A DNA stretch of 64,000 nt from an uncultured Eubacteriales bacterium (GTDB lineage: Bacteria; Bacillota; Clostridia; Oscillospirales; CAG-272). The stretch is from assembly GCA_963614875.1 (NCBI GenBank), contig CAVEFC010000001.1:99808-163807 (forward strand), read 5' to 3'. The position numbers and the translations under genes were made by a program. The notes beneath the pieces were generated by a model. The model had not been told where the DNA came from. It saw only the letters and a list, made by a program, of their open reading frames with translations, and did no database searches. This document shows, piece by piece, positions 35,849-43,748 of the stretch. Position 1 is the first letter of the stretch; the number at the start of each line of letters is the position of its first letter.

Positions 35849-38002
35849 ATGGCAACCGTTATTTTCATCAAGGAGAGCAAGCAGACGCCGAGTGCCATGC
35901 GCGGTTGTATCCGTTACTGCGTGCAGGAGAATAAAACCGTTGACGAAAACGGGAGGCAGTATGTCGGCGGTGTCAACTGCCTCGGTCAGCACGCTTATCA
36001 AGAATTCATGGCAACCAAAAATCTTTACGGCAAAGCCGATGGCACTTACTTCTATCAGTATGTGCAGTCATTTCTGCCGGGGGAAATTCAGTCTTACGAA
36101 GAAGCTCACCGCATCGGTCTGGAATTTGCCGGGAATTCCTTTCAAGGATATGAGGTCTTGGTTGCCACGCATCTGGACGCTTACGATGACGGCGGCGTTC
36201 AGAGAGTACACAACCATTTTATTGTCAATTCGGTCGGCTTTGAGGACGGCAGGAAGATTCACTTCACGCCGAACACCTTGCAGGAACTGCGGAAGATCAG
36301 CGATGACATCTGCCGTGACCACGGTCTGTCTGTGCTGCCTCCGTCGGAGCGCAGAAACGGTCAGGGCATCGGTACGCGGGAGTACCATGCAACGATGAGA
36401 GGCGAGGGATGGAAGTTCGGGCTGATCAATGACATTGACACTGCCATGACGCAGGCAGGCGACAGACGCGAGTTTTGTGATATCCTTGCTTCTGTCGGTT
36501 ATTCCGTTACCTGGACGGAGGAAAGAAAATATATCACATTCACCTGTCCGAACGGGCGCAAGGTTCGTGACAACAAATTACACGACAACAAATATACCAA
36601 GGAGAATTTAGAGTATGAATTCAGAATACGAAAACAAATTACAGAACACGCCGGCAGTCAGTTCCATGGACAAACTGAAAGCAGCATCCAGAACGGCAGT
36701 CAAGACAATCGAGGAAACACCGTATCAGCCGATTGTTTATGCGATTCCGAAGGAGGATTGGAACGCCTTTCGGGAATGGACGAAACAGGCGGTGACATTT
36801 CAACCCACGCTGTATCAGCAGATAGCGGCACTGACGACCAAGAAGGAATCAGAGGCTTACACGGACGAGATATGGAGCGAAATCCGGAATTGGGCGGAGG
36901 AGGTGACCGGAAACGTGCAGAAAACAGCGGAGAGCATTGTGCCGAGAGTGCAGACGCTGTTGAATCAGAACAAGGAGCTACTCGAACAGGATGGGAGGAT
37001 GCGCGAGCAGTTTATCTCAGGTCTCGACTTGAAGGAAACCAATCGCATCAAAGAATTCAAAGATCTGCTTATGGGTATGAAGCGGTGGATCATCACGGCG
37101 ATTGCATCGACCATCGGCGGTTCGGCGATTTTAAGTACGGTGATCTGTCTTCTGATGAGATAACAGCGTTCTTCAAAAGCGAACGGAAAGAAACCGACCT
37201 GCCCGATGACGAACCGACAGAAACGGAAGATCTGACACAGAGAAAATACAATGATCTGCGGGAGCAGGCGGAGCTTGGTAACCTATATGCCGGGTGCCGT
37301 CTCTCCTGTATTTTGTTTGACGAGGACAGTCCGTACTACGATGCGTACGGCGGCGCATATTACCTTGAATCCTCCGCAAAGCAGGGCTACCATGTGGCGC
37401 AGTATCGGCTCGGCAAGATGATCTATGAGGGTGGTTATTACCGTCGTATTCCCGAGAACGCCGAGTATTGGCTTTTGCTGTCCGCAAGGCAGAACAACCC
37501 GTATGCCGAGGCATTGCTGGGGCGATTGTACCTCATCGGAGATTTTCTACACCTTGACCGCAAGGCTGGCGTCGATCTTCTGTACGATGCAATACGCCAT
37601 GGGAACGCTCACGCTGCATATACGCTCGGCAAATATTACGCCGACGGAAAGTACCTGAAAAAAGACATTCCGAAAGCTGTCGCGCTTTTGGAGCAGGCGG
37701 CGCAGATGGGCGACCTTCATGCGGAGTACAGGCTCGCCAAGATCTATCTCTTTGAGTCGGACTGTTTTGATTGGCAGAAAGCCGTGGAGTATCTGAACAC
37801 GGCTGCGCACAAGGGCAACGAAAATGCCTATCGGGCATTGCAGAACATGAGCCAAAGCACGGTGATCTCTATCACCACCGGCATTGCCGACCTGGTCGGC
37901 GATCTGTCTGCTGTGTTCGATGAAAGACCGGCGGTGGAGGATTGCACTACCATGCCGGAACGCAGGGAAAGGAAGAAATATGAGTATGAGCAGAGTTTAT
38001 AG
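35849..38002 (+). CDS. Relaxase/mobilization nuclease fused to a C-terminal Sel1-like repeat domain
   Basis: N-terminal relaxase domain with HLDAYDDGGVQRVHNHFIVN (His-triad type). Low-complexity middle. Multiple Sel1/TPR-like repeats from ~37270 (AQYRLGKMIYEG..., AAYTLGKYYADG..., AEYRLAKIYLFE...). Confidence 0.7.
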   Translation: MATVIFIKESKQTPSAMRGCIRYCVQENKTVDENGRQYVGGVNCLGQHAYQEFMATKNLYGKADGTYFYQYVQSFLPGEIQSYEEAHRIGLEFAGNSFQGYEVLVATHLDAYDDGGVQRVHNHFIVNSVGFEDGRKIHFTPNTLQELRKISDDICRDHGLSVLPPSERRNGQGIGTREYHATMRGEGWKFGLINDIDTAMTQAGDRREFCDILASVGYSVTWTEERKYITFTCPNGRKVRDNKLHDNKYTKENLEYEFRIRKQITEHAGSQFHGQTESSIQNGSQDNRGNTVSADCLCDSEGGLERLSGMDETGGDISTHAVSADSGTDDQEGIRGLHGRDMERNPELGGGGDRKRAENSGEHCAESADAVESEQGATRTGWEDARAVYLRSRLEGNQSHQRIQRSAYGYEAVDHHGDCIDHRRFGDFKYGDLSSDEITAFFKSERKETDLPDDEPTETEDLTQRKYNDLREQAELGNLYAGCRLSCILFDEDSPYYDAYGGAYYLESSAKQGYHVAQYRLGKMIYEGGYYRRIPENAEYWLLLSARQNNPYAEALLGRLYLIGDFLHLDRKAGVDLLYDAIRHGNAHAAYTLGKYYADGKYLKKDIPKAVALLEQAAQMGDLHAEYRLAKIYLFESDCFDWQKAVEYLNTAAHKGNENAYRALQNMSQSTVISITTGIADLVGDLSAVFDERPAVEDCTTMPERRERKKYEYEQSL
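36615..37163 (+). CDS. Embedded +1-frame ORF, MobB-like (coiled-coil protein with C-terminal TM anchor)
   Basis: AAGGAG SD 8 nt upstream of the ATG. 182 codons with protein-like composition and a terminal hydrophobic helix (WIITAIASTIGGSAILSTVICLLM). The overlapped relaxase frame is low complexity here. Confidence 0.5.
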   Translation: MNSEYENKLQNTPAVSSMDKLKAASRTAVKTIEETPYQPIVYAIPKEDWNAFREWTKQAVTFQPTLYQQIAALTTKKESEAYTDEIWSEIRNWAEEVTGNVQKTAESIVPRVQTLLNQNKELLEQDGRMREQFISGLDLKETNRIKEFKDLLMGMKRWIITAIASTIGGSAILSTVICLLMR

Positions 38003-38085
38003 TATCACATTTTTATTATCTGAATTATTTTCTCTTGAAGGGAGGAAAATATATCTGAACAATCCTGAAAGAACGAGGTAACCGG

Positions 38086-38265
38086 ATGGGGAAAGTTATA
38101 ACTGACGAAGAACGCGAAAAACGCATGGCAGAGGATATGTGGCTTAATTATTTCAATCGTTATCTGTTTGAGAGCGGTACAATCTCAGAGAAAGAATACA
38201 AGAGAATGACCGAAAAGATTGCCGCAAGAAAAGCAAAACGCTATCCTGAAAGGGACGCAAGGTGA
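38086..38265 (+). CDS. Small conserved-looking protein (59 aa), not in the supplied ORF track
   Basis: ATG 38086 with GAGG 8 nt upstream. Translation: MGKVITDEEREKRMAEDMWLNYFNRYLFESGTISEKEYKRMTEKIAARKAKRYPERDAR. Lies just upstream of the recombinase. Confidence 0.5.
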   Translation: MGKVITDEEREKRMAEDMWLNYFNRYLFESGTISEKEYKRMTEKIAARKAKRYPERDAR

Positions 38266-38309
38266 GCGGGTTCACCTCGGAGTGCTTAAAGCACTCCGAT
38301 ACATAAATG

Positions 38310-38334
38310 TTTGTCAAAGATATTATTTGACAAA
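38310..38334. promoter_or_regulatory. Perfect 9-bp inverted repeat (candidate operator) upstream of the recombinase promoter
   Basis: TTTGTCAAA-gatatta-TTTGACAAA. Confidence 0.5.
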
Positions 38335-38348
38335 TTTCGATTTCTGTA

Positions 38349-38377
38349 TTGCAATATAAGGTCGATTGTGGTATAAT
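38349..38377 (+). promoter_or_regulatory. Recombinase promoter
   Basis: TTGCAA, 17 nt, TATAAT with a TGG extension. Confidence 0.55.
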
Positions 38378-38423
38378 GCAATCAATAGATAATGATAAAA
38401 CGAATTTACGAAAGGGCGATGAT

Positions 38424-40112
38424 ATGGATATCTTAAATATCAGAGCATTATTACGAACCAAATCAATATATGATATCCCCCTGCGGGTCACATATTACGC
38501 GCGCGTTTCTTCTGAAAGTGATGAACAGCTCAACTCACTCGATAACCAGATTGCATATTATGAAGACTTGATCAGGAGAAACCGCGCATGGACATATGTT
38601 CCGGGTTATGTTGACGAGGGGCTTTCCGGTATCTCTACAAAGAAGAGAAAACATTTCAATGAGATGATTGCTGATGCTAAGGAGGGTGCATTTGACCTAA
38701 TTATAACAAAGGAAATTTCCCGATTTGCCCGTAATACGCTTGACTCTCTGCAATATACAAGAGAATTGCTCGGATGGGGAGTGGGCGTATTTTTTCAAAA
38801 CGATAACATCAATACGCTTGATGAAGATGCAGAGCTTCGGCTTACAATTATGTCCTCCATCGCGCAGGATGAGCTTCGCAAGCTCTCCTCGCGTGTCAAA
38901 TTCGGGCATCAGCAAGCTATCAAGTCCAATGTGGTTCTTGGCAACAGCCGTATCTTCGGATATAAAAAGGATGAAAAACGCCTTGTCATTGACGAAAGCC
39001 AGGCGCCGATGGTGCGCGATTTGTTCAGGCTTTACGCGACAGGCGAATACAGCATGAAGCAACTCGAAACGCTGTTTTACGAACAGGGGTACCGTAATTA
39101 CAACGGCAACAAAATTGCTCATACCACAATGTCGGGTATCATATCCAATCCGAAATATAAGGGCTATTATGTGGGCAACAAGGTTCGTATTGTGGATATG
39201 TTTACAAAAAAGCAGAAGTTTTTGCCTCCTGAAGAATGGGTCATGTTTAAAGATGAAACAGGAGAAATTGTCCCCGCCATCGTATCCGAGGAACTATGGG
39301 ATAAAGCAAATGAGGTATTGACCCGCAGAAGTGAGGATGTTAAAAACCGTCAGGGTATCTGCAACCACGCCAATCTCCTGACAGGAAAATTATACTGCGC
39401 CCATTGCGGTGCCGCATATTACCGCCGTGAATCCAAAAGCAAGGACGGCACGGTCAATTCCAAATGGGTCTGCTCCGGAAAGATAAACAACGGTGCTGAT
39501 TCCTGCCCATCTTTCCCAATCTACGAGGATGAGATTAAGCCCATCCTGTTTGAGGTGTTCAGCGAAACACGGGTGGATGTGGAAGCCCTGCTTGCAAACT
39601 ACGAGGAAATGTTCCGGTCAATGGAAGCAGATGATGAAACCGCGGGGCAGATGGAAGAACAAAAGCGGATTATAGCACTTGCCGACCAAAAGAAAAATAA
39701 ACTTCTCGAGCTTGTAACGACAGGCGCCATTACGACGGCAAATTTCAAATCCATGACCGCCTCATGCGACAGGGAAGCGGAGGAAGCGCAGAAAACGCTC
39801 ACGGAACTTGAAGAGCAACTGTTTACAAAAGAGGAATACCGCAAGCACATCGGCGAGGTAAAAGCAAGACTCGATGCTGCTGTCCGTGACGCAAGCACAG
39901 GTATGATTACAAACGAATTTGTTGCCCAATATATTGATAAAATCATAGTCACATCAGACGGAAATGATACAGCGAAGCTTGAAATCAAGATATTTACGGG
40001 CAAAAACACGGAAAAATGGCTCAAAAAGCTCAGTGAACGACATCGGGGTCGTACGGGTGTCATGTCTAAGAAAATGATCGAGTCATATGAAAATTCGATC
40101 AAAACAAAGTAA
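38424..40112 (+). CDS. Large serine recombinase (TnpX/SpoIVCA-type)
   Basis: Catalytic domain YARVSSESDEQLNSLDNQ...ISRFARN, recombinase domain, Cys-rich zinc ribbon (CAHCGAAYY...WVCSG) and a coiled-coil. The last 15 codons are host ssp sequence. Confidence 0.9.
   Translation: MDILNIRALLRTKSIYDIPLRVTYYARVSSESDEQLNSLDNQIAYYEDLIRRNRAWTYVPGYVDEGLSGISTKKRKHFNEMIADAKEGAFDLIITKEISRFARNTLDSLQYTRELLGWGVGVFFQNDNINTLDEDAELRLTIMSSIAQDELRKLSSRVKFGHQQAIKSNVVLGNSRIFGYKKDEKRLVIDESQAPMVRDLFRLYATGEYSMKQLETLFYEQGYRNYNGNKIAHTTMSGIISNPKYKGYYVGNKVRIVDMFTKKQKFLPPEEWVMFKDETGEIVPAIVSEELWDKANEVLTRRSEDVKNRQGICNHANLLTGKLYCAHCGAAYYRRESKSKDGTVNSKWVCSGKINNGADSCPSFPIYEDEIKPILFEVFSETRVDVEALLANYEEMFRSMEADDETAGQMEEQKRIIALADQKKNKLLELVTTGAITTANFKSMTASCDREAEEAQKTLTELEEQLFTKEEYRKHIGEVKARLDAAVRDASTGMITNEFVAQYIDKIIVTSDGNDTAKLEIKIFTGKNTEKWLKKLSERHRGRTGVMSKKMIESYENSIKTK
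40049..40088 (+). other. attR junction (core AA at 40068-40069)
   Basis: Element arm CGTACGGG-TGTCATGTCT-AA, followed by host GAAAATGATCGAG.... Confidence 0.65.
40070..40112 (+). pseudogene. ssp: Displaced 3-prime end of the ssp gene (encodes ..KKMIESYENSIKTK*)
   Basis: Joining 22387-22541 to 40070-40112 gives ...GSVGGQMVKKMIESYENSIKTK. This matches the SASP consensus GS(V/Y)GG.MVK(K/R)M(I/V)E and gives a 65-aa length. Confidence 0.7.
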
Positions 40113-40141
40113 GGTATAGTAACGCTATAACTTTATAAAAG

Positions 40142-40175
40142 AAAAAGCTCTCCGATTTTTTTCGGAGAGTTTTTT
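40142..40175 (+). terminator. Intrinsic terminator (original ssp terminator, now also serving the recombinase)
   Basis: AAAAAGCTCTCCGA-tttttt-TCGGAGAGTTTTTT. Confidence 0.8.
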
Positions 40176-40251
40176 CTCTGAAGTGAATAAAGCGGAATAT
40201 AAAGGCAAGAATATAAAAAACAAAACTACATACAAAAGGAGAAATCTTGAA

Positions 40252-40833
40252 ATGAAATTTATAACGATATTTGCCGCGCTTGTTCTTTGCCTATGTATGA
40301 TATGTTCTTTTATTCCCTCTCAGAGCGATATGCAGATATACACAGACACCGTAAGACTTCATGTGATAGCCGAATCGGACGACAGTGCCGATCAGCTTAT
40401 AAAGCTTTCCGTAAGAGATGAGGTTGTGGAATATCTGTCAGAGCTTGCGAAAGAGGCGCAAAGCGCAAATGAAACGATAAAAATAATAAATGACAACATT
40501 GACGATATCCGCCGCGTTGCCGACGGCGCACTTGAAAGGCTCGGCTCGGACGCAAAAACCGAAGTGGTGCTTTCAAGCGAATATTATCCTACCCGCAGCT
40601 GTGAAAACATTCGTCTTCCGGCGGGAACTTATACCTCTCTTAAAATAAAAATAGGAAAAGCGCAGGGACATAACTGGTGGTGCGTGCTTTATCCTCAGCT
40701 TTCGCGCGGAAGCGTTTCGGCAAACGATACGCTTATAAGAACGGGATTTTCTTCCGATCAGATAGAGCTTCTTACCGGAAACGAAAAAATAAAATATAAG
40801 CTCAGATTCAAAATACTTGAATTGTTCGGCTAA
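40252..40833 (+). CDS. spoIIR: Stage II sporulation protein R
   Basis: ATG 40252 with an aaaaggag SD. Contains VRLHVIAESDDSADQLIKLSVRDEV...GHNWWCVLYP, the SpoIIR hallmark. Confidence 0.85.
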   Translation: MKFITIFAALVLCLCMICSFIPSQSDMQIYTDTVRLHVIAESDDSADQLIKLSVRDEVVEYLSELAKEAQSANETIKIINDNIDDIRRVADGALERLGSDAKTEVVLSSEYYPTRSCENIRLPAGTYTSLKIKIGKAQGHNWWCVLYPQLSRGSVSANDTLIRTGFSSDQIELLTGNEKIKYKLRFKILELFG

Positions 40834-40932
40834 AAAAACAGGCGGCTCTTTTTTTCAAAGAGTCGCTTGTTTTTAACTTTTAATTGATTTTTTCTTTTTT
40901 CTGTGATAAAATATCTCCGGAGGGGATAACGG

Positions 40933-41520
40933 ATGGAACTTGAAAAGATTGTTGCGGCAAATATCACCGAGCTTCGCAAAAGCAAACAATGGACTCAGCT
41001 CGAGCTTGCCGAAAAGCTGAATTATTCTGATAAATCAATATCTAAATGGGAACGCGGAGACGGACTTCCCGACCTTAAAACGCTTTGCAAAATGGCGGAG
41101 CTTTTTTCCGTTTCGCTTGATTTTTTTGTTACGGAGGGCGCTCCCGAGCAGCTTGAAAAATATTCCGCACCGAAGGAAGAAAAGGGTTACAGACTTGTAA
41201 TAGCGCTGCTTACGGCAGTCGGCTTTTGGACGGCGGCAACGGCATTTTACATATATTTTATGATATACAAAAGCATAAACGCATGGACGCTTTTTGTCTG
41301 GCCGGTACCGCTGTCGTTTGCGGTAATGTACCGTTTCAATATGAAATGGGGCAAGAAATGGCTCGGACTTGTCTGCTCGTCGGGCTTTTGCTGGACGCTC
41401 CTTGCGGCGTTTTATCTGCAATTTTTAAGCTATAATTTCTGGCTTTTGTTCGTTGTCGGAGCGCCGATACAGGCTGCGCTCGTGCTTTGGTGGATAGTCG
41501 TCGTAAAATACAAAAAATAA
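40933..41520 (+). CDS. XRE-family HTH regulator with C-terminal multi-TM domain
   Basis: ITELRKSKQWTQLELAEKLNYSDKSISKWERG plus ~4 hydrophobic helices. Confidence 0.7.
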   Translation: MELEKIVAANITELRKSKQWTQLELAEKLNYSDKSISKWERGDGLPDLKTLCKMAELFSVSLDFFVTEGAPEQLEKYSAPKEEKGYRLVIALLTAVGFWTAATAFYIYFMIYKSINAWTLFVWPVPLSFAVMYRFNMKWGKKWLGLVCSSGFCWTLLAAFYLQFLSYNFWLLFVVGAPIQAALVLWWIVVVKYKK

Positions 41521-41603
41521 CGGATTTTTTCTTTGCCGCAGACCGTGGCTCTGCGCAGAACAAAATAGCAAAAAGCACCGCAAAAGCGGTGCTTTTATTG
41601 TTT

Positions 41604-42908
41604 TTACAGCACAAGCGCTATTACCGAAAGCGCCGCAAGTATCGTCGGCACGGATATTATCGCGCCGTATTTTACAAACTGCCCAAAGCCGAGCGTCACC
41701 TTGTAGCGCTTCAGAAGCGACATCCACATAATTCCCGCAAGCGCGCCGACGGGCGTAAGAAACGCGCCTATGTTCGAGCCCGCTATCGTGCCGTATGCGG
41801 CGGAGGTCAGAAGCTCTTCCGGAAGCGTTTCCATAACGGGAACAAAAAGCACGCTCATGGGAATATTGTTTATCAGATTTGCCGCAAGCACGGAGGAAAT
41901 TCCGTAGGAAAAAACAACGTTTTTTTCTCCGAGAAGCTCACCCAGAAGCTCCGTCGCTCCGCTGTCGCGCAGAGCGCAGACTATGACAAACATCGAAAGC
42001 ACAAACGGTACAAGATGCCACGGCGCGCGGCGCAGACATCCGCAAAGCTCCGCGGGGCGTCGCCTCTGAATTGCCGAGATGACCGCCGCAAGAGCAAAAA
42101 GCAAAAGCGCGGATGACAGCGACACTATCCACATTTCGATACCGAAATACGAGCCGACCGCCATTATCAGCGTGCAGACGGAAAGTATCGAAAGTCCCAT
42201 TATGAGAAGCGGCTTGTTTTTTATTTTCACTTCTTCCACATCGGTTTTCTCTATCGGCGCGGAAAGACTTTTTGAAAAGCACAGCCACAGCATTTCGAGC
42301 GCGACAAGTCCCGCCGCAAGCGTGGGCAAAAGCATTACTTTAAGATAGGAGATAAAATCTATTCCCACCGCCGAAGAAATATAAATATTCGTCGGATTGC
42401 CTATTATCAGCGCCATACTCCATGTGTTTGCCGCTATGAATTCCGCAATAAGATACGGAACGGGATCTATTTTCGCGTGCGACGCAAAATAGCATATAAA
42501 CGGCGTAAACGTAAGAATTATTATATCGTTTGAGGTAAATACCGTCAGCACGGAAACGGTTATGTAAAGATAAAAGAAAAGCCGCTTGCGGCTTCTGCCG
42601 GCTTTTTTCAACGCTATCGCGGCGATGTAGCCGAAAAATCCCACCTCGTCAAGAAAAACGGAAAGCACCGTCATTGAGATGAAAAGCGTAAGTATTTTCA
42701 AAGGGTTTACCGCGTCGTCCGAGGTAAACGCCGACAATATTTTTTCCGGCTCCGCACAGCCGCAGGCAATCATAACGACAGCCCCCGCCAGAGCGACAAG
42801 GCAATAGCTGTCAAGCTTAAGTCTGCCTATTTTAAGCGAGGGCTTAAAAAGTATCGAAAGTATCATAAACACGCAGGTAACCGCGCAGATGATAATTGAA
42901 GCTGCCAT
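41604..42908 (-). CDS. ArsB/NhaD-superfamily (citrate-transporter-like) permease
   Basis: 434 aa and polytopic. Motifs FTSNDIIILTFTP and GSNIGAFLTPVGALAG are typical of this ion-transporter family. Confidence 0.6.
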   Translation of the reverse strand: MAASIIICAVTCVFMILSILFKPSLKIGRLKLDSYCLVALAGAVVMIACGCAEPEKILSAFTSDDAVNPLKILTLFISMTVLSVFLDEVGFFGYIAAIALKKAGRSRKRLFFYLYITVSVLTVFTSNDIIILTFTPFICYFASHAKIDPVPYLIAEFIAANTWSMALIIGNPTNIYISSAVGIDFISYLKVMLLPTLAAGLVALEMLWLCFSKSLSAPIEKTDVEEVKIKNKPLLIMGLSILSVCTLIMAVGSYFGIEMWIVSLSSALLLFALAAVISAIQRRRPAELCGCLRRAPWHLVPFVLSMFVIVCALRDSGATELLGELLGEKNVVFSYGISSVLAANLINNIPMSVLFVPVMETLPEELLTSAAYGTIAGSNIGAFLTPVGALAGIMWMSLLKRYKVTLGFGQFVKYGAIISVPTILAALSVIALVL

Positions 42909-42938
42909 TTTTTCGTATCTCCGAAAGTCTTGCGTAAT

Positions 42939-43748
42939 TTACTTTCTCAGCGTGAGCTTTATCTGCTCCGTGCGGGAAAGTCCCATTGGCTTTACATATT
43001 CCGCCATTGCCGAATCAAATTCTTTTCCGTATTCCAGCTCCGACGGAGAATGAGCGTCACAGCCGAAAATAACCGTATTTCCTACCTCCGCGGCTATGCG
43101 GAAAAAGTCCTTTCTCGGATAATGACGGTTTGCCCTTATTCCCAGAAAATTTATTTCAAGCGGAATTCCGAGCCGTTTTATATTTTCGCACATATATCTC
43201 ATATGCTTTTCGTATATTTTTTCGTCGCCCGTGAACCTGAAAATATCGGGATGCGCGATATACGCATACTTTCCGCTCGAAAGTCCCTCCGTCACCTGGT
43301 TTACATACCTTTCAAGGTCTTTTTCTTCGGTATATATATCGCAGCTGCCGGTGCCGTCGTATTCGTTGCCGAGATAATGCTGCCCCATTATAAGATAATC
43401 CACCGGATATCCCGAAAGAAAATCCACAAGCTTTCCGAAGTGCTTCGGATAATATTCGGCTTCAAGCCCTATGAAAATATCAATATCGTTTTTGTATTCC
43501 CCGCGCAGTGCGAGAAGCGAGCTTACATATCCGTCAAGCTCCTCGGGGCGCATACGGAAATGAGAATAATAATCCCCGTCGAAAAAATACGGGCTGTGAT
43601 CGGAAAAGCCGAGCGTTTTTATTCCCTGCTCTATTGCTTTTTCAACATATTCCCTGTCCTGCCCGACTGCGTGATGACAGCGGAACGTATGAGTATGAAA
43701 ATTTGCCGAAAGTCTGTCTTCGCTCGGATTTTTGTTTCCAACAATCAT
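42939..43748 (-). CDS. PHP-family histidinol-phosphatase-like protein
   Basis: Start set at ATG 43748 (ATGA overlap with the tdk stop). Contains FHTHTFRCHHA...GFSDH...HPD. Confidence 0.7.
   Translation of the reverse strand: MIVGNKNPSEDRLSANFHTHTFRCHHAVGQDREYVEKAIEQGIKTLGFSDHSPYFFDGDYYSHFRMRPEELDGYVSSLLALRGEYKNDIDIFIGLEAEYYPKHFGKLVDFLSGYPVDYLIMGQHYLGNEYDGTGSCDIYTEEKDLERYVNQVTEGLSSGKYAYIAHPDIFRFTGDEKIYEKHMRYMCENIKRLGIPLEINFLGIRANRHYPRKDFFRIAAEVGNTVIFGCDAHSPSELEYGKEFDSAMAEYVKPMGLSRTEQIKLTLRK

Larger units (their letters stand above)
22540..40069. mobile_element. ~17.5 kb integrative mobilizable element inserted in the ssp gene
   Basis: Bounded by the reconstructed attL and attR. Carries a large serine recombinase at the right end, mobC, a relaxase, and cargo. 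Codon usage visibly differs from the flanks (e.g. ATC rather than ATA). Confidence 0.75.

Noticed and set aside
35832-36398. 188-aa alternative-frame ORF inside the relaxase N-terminal domain
   Set aside because: It overlaps the well-conserved relaxase domain, has no SD, and has a Cys/Arg/Ser-rich shadow composition. This contrasts with the 36615..37163 ORF, which I kept.
22540-40069. Prophage interpretation of the island (because YonO is a phage polymerase)
   Set aside because: There are no capsid, terminase, portal, tail or lysis genes. The element has mobC, a relaxase and a serine recombinase, so it is an integrative mobilizable element.
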